Below, in pieces: positions 1 through 7,742 of a stretch of DNA of 64,000 bases. The position numbers and the translations under genes are program-made. Numbering within the stretch: the first letter of the stretch is position 1; the number at the start of each line of letters is the position of its first letter. The DNA comes from Candidatus Poribacteria bacterium (GTDB lineage Bacteria; Poribacteria; WGA-4E; WGA-3G): NCBI GenBank assembly GCA_022821065.1, contig JAJEEK010000007.1:4487-68486 (forward strand), given 5' to 3'. Under the pieces are notes generated by a model. That model saw only the letters and a list, made by a program, of their open reading frames with translations. It was not told the origin of the DNA and did not search any database.

Positions 1-2
1 TT

Positions 3-143
3 GCTTGTGCTGTTGCAGCGTCAGCTGATTATATCATCAGCCGAGATCGAGACTTATTGGATTTAGGTAATTATCAGCAAATACAAATCGTTACCCCCGA
101 ACATTTCATGCGAATTCTGAGGTCGGGAGATGGAACACAATGA
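3..143 (+). CDS. PIN-domain toxin-like protein, C-terminal fragment (5' end outside window)
   Basis: Frame is open from the window edge: ACAVAASADYIISRDRDLLDLGNYQQIQIVTPEHFMRILRSGDGTQ*. It resembles the C-terminal signature of PIN-family (TIGR00305-like) TA toxins. Stop TGA 141-143 overlaps ATG 140 of the next gene (ATGA). Confidence 0.5.
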   Translation, partial: ACAVAASADYIISRDRDLLDLGNYQQIQIVTPEHFMRILRSGDGTQ

Positions 144-2020
144 AAATAAAGCCAGTTAAAGGCAGACCCATGCTCCACTGGGTCGGCAAACGTCCGATAG
201 ACACGGTAAGCAATTATCCTGCTCAATTGATAGACACCTATAACGTTGAGAACCCTGAGAAAGAACCAACCTATGACAAATTTAAAAACGGTCCTAACCT
301 CCTTTTTCACGGCGATAATAAAGAGATTCTCTCAACACTTCTCGTGCAAGGTTTTCGCGGAAAAATTGACTTGATCTACATAGATCCGCCATTTGCCAGC
401 GGTGCAGATTATGTGCGGGAAGTGGCATTACGCGGTGAAAGAGAGAAACTTGACGCAGAAGGACACTCTATTTCCGAACAGATGCAATACACCGACATTT
501 GGGCAAATGACACCTACCTGCAATTCATGTATGAACGCCTCATCTTGATGCGGGAATTGTTGGCTGATAATGGGTCAATCTACGTGCATTGTGACCAGCG
601 GATGAATAGTTATCTCCGCCTTGCAATGGACGAAATTTTTGGGAGGAGTTTTTTTGTAAATGAAATAATATGGAAAAAAATTAGGTCTTCAAAAGGACAA
701 GCTAATGGGTTTGGTAATGTTCATGATACAATTTATTTTTTTTCTAAAAATGCTGACTATTTACACAACAAACAATATACATCACACGATCCAAAGCTGT
801 TGGATTCTCATTACAATTTGATTGATGAAAAAACAGGACAAAGGTATCAACTGGCAGATTTTACACAAAAAGGAGCAGGTAAACCAAGATATTTTGGTGA
901 TAAAGGACTTATGGTTCCGCCCCCTGGCAAGCATTGGATTTGGTCACAAGAGCGGATTAATGAAGCGTTAGAGAAAGGTTTGATAGTTTTCACACAATCA
1001 GGAAAGCCAAGAGTAAAGAGATTCTTAGATGAATCCAAAGGGAAACCTGTAGAGGATATATGGATTGATATTTTTCCTATTAACTCGCAGGCTAATGAAA
1101 GCATAGGTTACCCTACCCAAAAACCTGAGAAACTCCTTGAACGTATTATTGAAGCATCAAGCAATGAAAATTCTATCGTTCTTGACTGCTTTGTAGGCAG
1201 CGGCACTACTGCTGCTGTTGCGGAAAAACTCGGCAGACGCTGGATCGCTGCGGACATCAACAAAGGTGCCATCCAAACAACAATAAAAAGACTACAGACG
1301 CTCCCGGAAACACAACACGGCATTGTCCACTATCGCGTCAATAACTACGATGCCAGCACCCATTTAGAACGAAAGGATATTGTGATTAAAAAGTATGGCG
1401 TGCAATCCAATAGGCAAGAAGCATTTTTTGATGGCACGCTGGACGGGACACTCGTCAAAATCATCGACCTCACAAAACCCCTCACGCCGTTAGATATCCA
1501 AACGATTAAAGACGAACTTGAAAATCGTCCGGAGGAGTCGCGCAACATCACGGTATTTTGCTACGGTATCAATAGCAGCATTCAGGCAGAACTCAAAGAG
1601 GAAAACAGGCGGCGCGCAATAAACAAAATCTTCGTGCGTGACATCGGTAGTGAAGGAATCACCACATTTGAACCTGCCGAAGTAGATGTCAAGTTTGAAA
1701 AAGAAGGACTAAACGTCACAATTACGATCACAGATTATATAAGCCCGACCATCTTAGCACGGATGGATATAGACCGCACCATTTTTGACGAACAGATTGA
1801 CGATTTCCGCGCACAGATTGATTGCGTCCTAATTGATACCGACTACACCGGAGAACATTTCACAATAACTGAAAGCGACCTGCCCGAGAAAAAGACCGAT
1901 TTTGTTGACGGAAAATACACGGTATCACTACCGCGTCCAGATGCCCGCGTCGCCGTGAAGATTATTGACATGCTTGGGGAGGAGACGGTTGTTACAGATG
2001 TTGGCACCATGAAATCCTAG
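140..2020 (+). CDS. Site-specific DNA methyltransferase (N6-adenine/N4-cytosine, beta-class, Type III Mod-like) with about 230-aa C-terminal extension of unknown function
   Basis: 626-aa ORF. Catalytic motif IV is LIYIDPPFASGADY and lies upstream of SAM motif I VLDCFVGSGTTAAVAEKLGRRWIAADIN (beta-class order). N-terminus PMLHWVGKRP is typical of Mod-like methylases. Confidence 0.85.
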   Translation: MKIKPVKGRPMLHWVGKRPIDTVSNYPAQLIDTYNVENPEKEPTYDKFKNGPNLLFHGDNKEILSTLLVQGFRGKIDLIYIDPPFASGADYVREVALRGEREKLDAEGHSISEQMQYTDIWANDTYLQFMYERLILMRELLADNGSIYVHCDQRMNSYLRLAMDEIFGRSFFVNEIIWKKIRSSKGQANGFGNVHDTIYFFSKNADYLHNKQYTSHDPKLLDSHYNLIDEKTGQRYQLADFTQKGAGKPRYFGDKGLMVPPPGKHWIWSQERINEALEKGLIVFTQSGKPRVKRFLDESKGKPVEDIWIDIFPINSQANESIGYPTQKPEKLLERIIEASSNENSIVLDCFVGSGTTAAVAEKLGRRWIAADINKGAIQTTIKRLQTLPETQHGIVHYRVNNYDASTHLERKDIVIKKYGVQSNRQEAFFDGTLDGTLVKIIDLTKPLTPLDIQTIKDELENRPEESRNITVFCYGINSSIQAELKEENRRRAINKIFVRDIGSEGITTFEPAEVDVKFEKEGLNVTITITDYISPTILARMDIDRTIFDEQIDDFRAQIDCVLIDTDYTGEHFTITESDLPEKKTDFVDGKYTVSLPRPDARVAVKIIDMLGEETVVTDVGTMKS

Positions 2021-2134
2021 ATTCGGAAATACTTGACATCCGAAAACAAAAATGCTACACTTCTTCCAAACACAAACACTTTTCTTCGCAAGGCAGCCGT
2101 AAAAACGTATCACAGCATCACAAAGGAAGAGAAA

Positions 2135-2704
2135 ATGGGATTACTTGAATTCAGCTGGGCGACTATTACCCTAATAGACATCGGCGTGCTTAGCGTCAGC
2201 GTCCTCGGTTTATGGTGGCTGAAAAACCAAGTAGAGCGATATAAAGCCCTCTCTGAAGAATTAGAGAAGCAATATAACACCTTGCACCGTGAACACGAAA
2301 CGTTGCAGCAGGAACACAACACCGTGCTGCTCACATACGAAAACTTACAGCAAGAGTTTAGCAACTTCCAAAGTGCCGCTGACCGACGATACAACACCTT
2401 GCAAAAAGAATCGGAAGAACGATACAACACTTTACAGGAAGAATGGATAGGACGATACAACACCCTAAAAGCAGAATGGGAAGGACGATACAATGCCCTA
2501 CAGCAACAACAAGAAATCTTGAAGGAGGAAAACGCGACGCTCCGAGCTGGGCTCGATGCTCTCACCAGAGAACACAAGGCACTTCAGACAGCACATGATC
2601 GTTTGTCCGGACGACACGCCGAACTCGTCGAAAGAGTGATGCCGGTCTTTGAAATATTGGCCCGTGAAAAACTAATGGAAATAAACGCCCAGAATGAAAA
2701 CTGA
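2135..2704 (+). CDS. Membrane-anchored coiled-coil protein with RYNTLQ-type repeats (hypothetical)
   Basis: ATG 2135 is preceded by aaggaagag. N-terminal TM segment is ITLIDIGVLSVSVLGLWWL. A heptad-rich region follows with repeated (E/G)RYNTLQ(E/K)EW units. The track ORF starts earlier (2033) but that start has no RBS. Confidence 0.55.
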   Translation: MGLLEFSWATITLIDIGVLSVSVLGLWWLKNQVERYKALSEELEKQYNTLHREHETLQQEHNTVLLTYENLQQEFSNFQSAADRRYNTLQKESEERYNTLQEEWIGRYNTLKAEWEGRYNALQQQQEILKEENATLRAGLDALTREHKALQTAHDRLSGRHAELVERVMPVFEILAREKLMEINAQNEN

Positions 2705-2802
2705 ATGCGTCCGGACTGTTCAATTTTCAAAAGGAGTTTTTTACAGATGCCCCTAATATTTCTTTTGCCATCCACCCCCAAATTATGCTAAAATGAAATA
2801 GC

Positions 2803-4185
2803 ATGAACCAGCACAATCTCAACCACACGCATAAAGAACTCCGCGCCCTGCTCGGAACACGTTTCAGCACAGATAACGCTGTCCGAGACGCGCACGCACG
2901 CGATGCCTCCTATCACCGCGACACGCTCCCAGATGCCGTCGTATTCCCGAAAACAAACGCCGAAGTCGCCGAAATCGTCAAAATCTGTACGAAACACAAA
3001 ATACCGATCATCCCCTACGGCACCGGCACCGGCGTTGAAGGTGCAGTCGTCGCAACCGAAGGCGCGCTCTGTATCGCACTCAACGAAATGAACCGCATCC
3101 TGCGCGTCAACCGAGACGACAGGGATACCACCGTCCAAGCAGGCGTGACACGCTTACAATTGAATACACACCTTGAAAAGATCGGGACACAACTCCATTT
3201 CCCTGTCGATCCGGGGGCAGACGCTTCACTCGGCGGCATGGTCGCGACCCGCGCATCCGGCACGAGTGCCGTCCGATACGGCACAATGCTCGATAACGTC
3301 CTCGGCTTGACAGTCGTCACCGCCGACGGTTCTATTATCGACACCGGTGGCAGAGCCAGAAAATCCGCCGCAGGCTACGACCTCACGCGTCTCTTTATCG
3401 GTTCGGAAGGCACACTCGGAATTATCACCGAAATCACACTGAAGCTAACACGTCTACCGGAAGCGGTTGCCGCAGCAGTCTGCGCTTTTCCGAGCATCGC
3501 CGCCGCAGTAGACACCGTTATCAAAATGATGGACACAGGTATCAGCATCGCACGCATTGAACTGTTGGACGAACTTCAGATGGATGCCGTTAATAAATAT
3601 GCTGGATTAGATTACGAAGTCGCACCGACACTTTTCCTTGAGTTTCATGGTTCCGAACACACCGTCGCAGAGAGTTCTGAGATTGCCGGTAAAATCGCAG
3701 CCCGACACGGGAGCGGCGATTTCCGATGGGCAACAGACGAAACGGAACGTAAACGCCTCTGGCAGGCGCGATACGATAGCTACTACGCAGCACTCAATCG
3801 TCGTCCGGGTTCCGTCGGGTACGTAACCGATGTCTGTGTCCCGATCTCCCGACTCGCTGAGTGTATCGAGAAAACGAAAGCACGCCTCGCGACATCAGAC
3901 CTCGAACCGTCAATCCTCGGACACGTCGGCGACGGCAACTTTCATGTCGTCTTTCCGCTTGAACCCGATAACGCCGACGAATTAACAGAGGCACAACGGC
4001 TCAGCCACGAAATTGTAGACATCGCCTTAGAAATGGACGGCACCTGCACAGGCGAACACGGGGTCGGCATCGGTAAACGCAAAGCATTGGAGAAGGAACA
4101 CGGAGAGGCAGTCAATCTGATGCGCGCCATCAAACACGCTTTGGACCCACGCAACTTAATGAACCCCGGTAAGGTTTTCTTATAG
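2803..4185 (+). CDS. FAD-linked oxidase (GlcD / D-lactate dehydrogenase family)
   Basis: 460 aa. FAD-binding PCMH-type N-terminus (VVFPKTNAEVAEIVKICTKHKIPIIPYGTGTGVEG), GYDLTRLFIGSEGTLGIITE, and C-terminal GEHGVGIGKR motif. Confidence 0.85.
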   Translation: MNQHNLNHTHKELRALLGTRFSTDNAVRDAHARDASYHRDTLPDAVVFPKTNAEVAEIVKICTKHKIPIIPYGTGTGVEGAVVATEGALCIALNEMNRILRVNRDDRDTTVQAGVTRLQLNTHLEKIGTQLHFPVDPGADASLGGMVATRASGTSAVRYGTMLDNVLGLTVVTADGSIIDTGGRARKSAAGYDLTRLFIGSEGTLGIITEITLKLTRLPEAVAAAVCAFPSIAAAVDTVIKMMDTGISIARIELLDELQMDAVNKYAGLDYEVAPTLFLEFHGSEHTVAESSEIAGKIAARHGSGDFRWATDETERKRLWQARYDSYYAALNRRPGSVGYVTDVCVPISRLAECIEKTKARLATSDLEPSILGHVGDGNFHVVFPLEPDNADELTEAQRLSHEIVDIALEMDGTCTGEHGVGIGKRKALEKEHGEAVNLMRAIKHALDPRNLMNPGKVFL

Positions 4186-4206
4186 CCCCAATTGGAGGAA
4201 TATCTT

Positions 4207-4728
4207 ATGAAAAACCTAATCTGCATAGGCATGTTGCTATTTTTCGCTACGCCTGTCTTTTCTGAACTCAGCGACTCGGATCTTCAACGCATCCGGGAAG
4301 TTGTCCAGATCACTGTAGCCGCTGAAGGAAAACAGATACGCGCGGAAATAACCGCAGCAATAGAGGCATCTGAAAAACGGATGAAGGAGTACGTTGACCT
4401 AAAAATATCAGAAGTTAAGTCAGAAACTAATTCACAGTTTGCACAAGTTAACTCACAGTTTGCACAAGTTAACAACAGTATTGACGAAGTGGGTAAGCGG
4501 CTGAATATTGCTTTCACAGTGTTAGGATGGCTCTTTGCGTTAGTTATAGCAGCGATTGGTATTCCACAACTGATTATAGCGTTTAGGCAACGCGGGCAAG
4601 AACGCCTGCAAACTTCAGTCGAAGAACTCCGCACCGCGTATGCTGAAGTATTAGCCGAACTAAAACAGTTGAAGACGGAGAATGAAGATCTTAAACAACG
4701 TGTGCTGTCGCAGTCTAAATCGTCGTAG
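4207..4728 (+). CDS. Hypothetical secreted/membrane coiled-coil protein
   Basis: ggagga RBS before ATG 4207. Signal-like MKNLICIGMLLFFATPVFS, tandem NSQFAQV NSQFAQV, a later TM segment (VLGWLFALVIAAIGIPQLIIAF), and a coiled-coil tail. Confidence 0.5.
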   Translation: MKNLICIGMLLFFATPVFSELSDSDLQRIREVVQITVAAEGKQIRAEITAAIEASEKRMKEYVDLKISEVKSETNSQFAQVNSQFAQVNNSIDEVGKRLNIAFTVLGWLFALVIAAIGIPQLIIAFRQRGQERLQTSVEELRTAYAEVLAELKQLKTENEDLKQRVLSQSKSS

Positions 4729-4756
4729 TCTACAGTTTTGTAGCTCGATATCTAAT

Positions 4757-4875
4757 AGGACTTACGCATGCTGCGCTTTCGTACCACAAACTGTTAGTTT
4801 GTGCTGCCAAAACGCTGTGTTTTCCGAAAAATTTCCTATGACAGAACCGCCTACACTCAAAATTGCGTAAGTCCT
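4757..4875. repeat. MITE-like 120-bp element, copy 1 (12-nt terminal inverted repeats AGGACTTACGCA...TGCGTAAGTCCT)
   Basis: Alignable over full length with 9803-9923 and 54469-54588. Internal perfect hairpin cacaaact-gtt-agtttgtg at 4785-4803. Intergenic, ending 14 nt before ATG 4890. Confidence 0.8.
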
Positions 4876-4889
4876 GTCTAAAACAAAAC

Positions 4890-5897
4890 ATGCAAAACAA
4901 CTGGAAAACCCTCATCACCGACTATGTATGGGCATCTATTGAACCCGAACGACAAGTCCTCGCCGAAATCGGTGCAGAACTCATCGCCGCGGAAACTGGC
5001 GACGCAGCAGAACTTCAAACGCTTGCGCCAATGATGGACGGTATTCTTACCTGTTGGAATCCAGTACGTGAACCCGTCATCGCCGCCGCAAAGAGGTGTC
5101 AGGTCATCGCACGCTACGGCATCGGGTTGGACAACATTGATGTCGAAGCCGCCACCGCACACGGTATCGTTGTCACGAATGTCCCCGCCTACTGCATCGA
5201 CGAAGTGTCCGACCACGCCATGGGACTCCTATTGGCGTGTGTCAGGAAAATTCCACGCTTTGATCGGGCGGTCAAAGATGGCGTATGGGACCAGAACATC
5301 GGCCCAGAGATGCATAGAATCCGAGGCAAAACACTCGGCATTGTCGGGTTCGGGCGGATTGGACAAGCGGTGATCCCGAAAGCGAAAGCGTTCGGACTTA
5401 CAATCAACGTCTGCTCGCCGCGCACGGATCCCGAACTAATTCGGCAACACGGCGCACAAAAAATCTCATTCCAAGCACTCCTGGCAACGTCTGATTTTAT
5501 CACGATCCACGCACCGTTGACACCAGAAACGGAACACCTATTCAGCGTCACCGAATTCCGCGCAATGAAACCGACAGCATTCTTAATCAACACGGCACGC
5601 GGTGGTATCGTAGACACATCTGCACTCACGGCTGCACTTCTAAACAGAGACATCGCCGGGGCAGGTTTAGATGTCTTGGAAACCGAACCCCCTGAATCGG
5701 ACACCGAACTGCTGACGCTTGAAAACGTCATCGTTACACCGCACGCCGCATTCGTCTCAAAGGACGCAATCCTTGAACTCGAGGTCACCGCTGCGAGATG
5801 TGTAGCGCAAGTGCTAACCGGAGAACTGCCGGAATCCGTTGTTAATCTATCGGTCTTGAAGCAACCAAACCTCCGCGCAAAATCATTAAAGGAGTAG
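4890..5897 (+). CDS. D-isomer-specific 2-hydroxyacid dehydrogenase (CtBP/PGDH-like)
   Basis: NAD-binding GIVGFGRIGQAV, catalytic-region LINTARGGIVD and TPHAAF motifs. The start is moved to ATG 4890 because the upstream part of the track ORF lies inside the repeat element. Confidence 0.85.
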   Translation: MQNNWKTLITDYVWASIEPERQVLAEIGAELIAAETGDAAELQTLAPMMDGILTCWNPVREPVIAAAKRCQVIARYGIGLDNIDVEAATAHGIVVTNVPAYCIDEVSDHAMGLLLACVRKIPRFDRAVKDGVWDQNIGPEMHRIRGKTLGIVGFGRIGQAVIPKAKAFGLTINVCSPRTDPELIRQHGAQKISFQALLATSDFITIHAPLTPETEHLFSVTEFRAMKPTAFLINTARGGIVDTSALTAALLNRDIAGAGLDVLETEPPESDTELLTLENVIVTPHAAFVSKDAILELEVTAARCVAQVLTGELPESVVNLSVLKQPNLRAKSLKE

Positions 5898-6092
5898 GCA
5901 CACACCGCTGGGCCGTAATATTCAAATAGAACAGACGCACGACCGAGATAGTCTCAATGGAAAGATAAAAATATATTGACATCTACAAGTGACCCAATTC
6001 CCCCCTGATAAGGGGGGTTAGGGGGGTTTGTGCTTGCAGAAGATGTAAAAGTAATTCCAAAATCTACTATAAATGGTTCACTCGGTAAGATT

Positions 6093-6183
6093 TGTGCCTT
6101 CTTACGTAGCATAGGCTGTTAGCCTGTGTGCCTTCTTACGTAGCATAGGCTGTTAGCCTGTGTGCCTTCTATAGAATAGGCAC
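6093..6183. repeat. 34-bp tandem direct repeat (2 full copies plus 1 partial) upstream of trpB
   Basis: tgtgccttcttacgtagcataggctgttagcctg occurs at 6093-6126 and 6127-6160. A partial third unit tgtgccttctatagaataggcac forms a gtgcct/aggcac hairpin. Confidence 0.85.
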
Positions 6184-6247
6184 TTAGCGAATAAACCACT
6201 AAAGTATTAGACACACCATATTGTGCTATAATCATTGGAGAACTCAC

Positions 6248-7441
6248 ATGCAACAATTACCTGACGCAACAGGGCATTTCGGGCAATTCGGAGGCAGATA
6301 CGTCCCCGAAACCCTAATGCCCGCACTCTTAGAGCTCGAAGACGCATACAACCAACTCAAAGATAACACGGATTTCCAAGAAGAATTCCGATATTACCTC
6401 CGAGAATACGTCGGACGACCGAATCCGCTCTATTATGCGGAACGTCTCACGGAGACACTCGGCGGCGCGAAGATATACCTCAAACGCGAAGACCTTAACC
6501 ATACAGGCGCGCATAAGATTAACAGTGCCATCGGTCAAATCCTCCTCGCACGTTGGATGGGCAAAAAACGGATTATCGCTGAAACCGGTGCCGGACAACA
6601 CGGCGTTGCAACCGCCACTGTCGCCGCAAAATTCGATATGGAGTGCGAAGTCTATATGGGTGAGGAAGACATAGAACGGCAGGCACTCAACGTCTTCCGG
6701 ATGCAGTTGATGGGAACAAAAGTCGTGCCGGTTGACTCCGGTTCCCGGACGCTCAAGGATGCAATCAACGCCTGCTTCCGGGATTGGGTCACGAACGTCC
6801 GCACGACGTATCTGCTGCTCGGTTCAGTCGTCGGCGCACACCCGTACCCGATGATCGTCAGGGATTTCCAAGCCGTCATCGGCGACGAAGCGAGAGCACA
6901 AATCTTGGAACAGGAAGGCAAGTTACCGGACTGCGTCGTCGCTTGTGTCGGCGGTGGCAGCAATTCGCTCGGTATGTTCTACCCGTTCTATGCCGATGAA
7001 GCTGTCCGAATGATCGGCGTAGAAGCCGCAGGCGAGAGCATCCGGAGCGGACGACACGCCGCACCGCTCACCGCAGGCAGCGTCGGTGTTTTCCACGGTG
7101 CCAAGTGCTACCTATTACAAGAAGACGACGGACAGATAACCCCCGCACACTCCATCTCTGCCGGATTAGACTACCCCGGCGTCGGACCGGAACACAGTTT
7201 TTACCGTGAAACGGGTCGAGCGGAATACGTCCCGATCACCGATACGGAAGCGGTGGAAGGTTTCCAATTGCTATCGGAGACAGAGGGTATCATACCGGCA
7301 TTGGAATCCGCACACGCCATCGCGTATCTGCGGGAACTCGCACCGAAACTCGGTAAAGAGCAGGTCATCGTCGTATGCCTTTCCGGTAGAGGTGATAAGG
7401 ATGTCTATACCATCGCAAAAGAATTAGGCATCAGCCTCTAA
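6248..7441 (+). CDS. trpB: Tryptophan synthase beta chain
   Basis: [30 protein letters not shown]-lysine motif [11 protein letters not shown], and [10 protein letters not shown]. ggaga RBS before ATG 6248. An extended -10 (tgctataat) lies at 6223-6231. Confidence 0.95.
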   Translation: MQQLPDATGHFGQFGGRYVPETLMPALLELEDAYNQLKDNTDFQEEFRYYLREYVGRPNPLYYAERLTETLGGAKIYLKREDLNHTGAHKINSAIGQILLARWMGKKRIIAETGAGQHGVATATVAAKFDMECEVYMGEEDIERQALNVFRMQLMGTKVVPVDSGSRTLKDAINACFRDWVTNVRTTYLLLGSVVGAHPYPMIVRDFQAVIGDEARAQILEQEGKLPDCVVACVGGGSNSLGMFYPFYADEAVRMIGVEAAGESIRSGRHAAPLTAGSVGVFHGAKCYLLQEDDGQITPAHSISAGLDYPGVGPEHSFYRETGRAEYVPITDTEAVEGFQLLSETEGIIPALESAHAIAYLRELAPKLGKEQVIVVCLSGRGDKDVYTIAKELGISL

Positions 7442-7467
7442 TTTTGAAAGGGCAGTGTAAAAACAAT

Positions 7468-7496
7468 TTGCTATCCAATCCGATATATGCTATAAT
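7468..7496 (+). promoter_or_regulatory. Sigma70-like promoter (TTGCTA-17 nt-TATAAT) facing the isrB leader
   Basis: ttgcta at 7468-7473 and tataat at 7491-7496 with exactly 17-nt spacing. Predicted TSS is near 7503. Confidence 0.5.
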
Positions 7497-7502
7497 TCTG
7501 TC

Positions 7503-7742
7503 GTTTATCGAAAAAACAGCAAGCGAGGTGGCACCGTCAGTGACCCCGTCCTAAAGGGCGAGGCGTGTCCCATACGCCAGCCAAAGCTATAGATGGGACG
7601 CGGGAAACTCATTGACTACAGTAAAATATCGCGGTATCTTGGTGTGGCAGCCAGCAGAATGTTTCGGATGCTCCCCAAGTCTGATTCATCTTAGATACTG
7701 TGATCTGGATGGGGAAATATACACTCGAAAGAGGTTTATGTC
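7503..7742 (+). ncRNA. Candidate omega RNA (HEARO-like guide RNA scaffold plus 5' guide) of the IsrB element; ends approximate
   Basis: The 301-nt non-coding gap between trpB and isrB has no ORF. It contains several strong helices: cgtcc-taaa-gggcg 7547-7560; a 10-bp stem cgtgtcccat/atgggacgcg at 7564-7573 and 7593-7602; and nested gtatcttgg...ccaag...agatac at 7634-7698. Position and orientation match the known IscB/IsrB locus architecture. Confidence 0.55.

Noticed and set aside
2135-2704. The coiled-coil membrane protein as the restriction or effector partner of the methyltransferase.
   Set aside because: No nuclease, helicase or ATPase motifs are present. The repeats are purely heptad-type, so any functional link would be speculation based on adjacency alone.
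5189-5905. Long antisense or overlapping ORFs in the track. Examples are 5189-5905(-), 23124-24053(-), 23188-24144(+), 14492-15052(-), 58147-58752(+), 31233-31760(+), 44757-45281(+) and 57028-57579(+).
   Set aside because: They lie entirely within well-supported CDSs on the other strand or frame and have low-complexity Arg/Ser/Pro-rich translations with no motifs. They are typical shadow ORFs of GC-rich coding DNA.
6000-6030. The C6-tgataa-G6 hairpin followed by a second G6 tract, as a terminator or G-quadruplex.
   Set aside because: It is not followed by a T-run and lies about 100 nt from the upstream stop. Only two G-tracts are present. The evidence is insufficient for either call.
5900-6247. 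A tryptophan attenuator or T-box leader upstream of trpB.
   Set aside because: There is no leader peptide with tandem Trp codons and no T-box consensus or specifier-loop architecture. The region is dominated by direct repeats.
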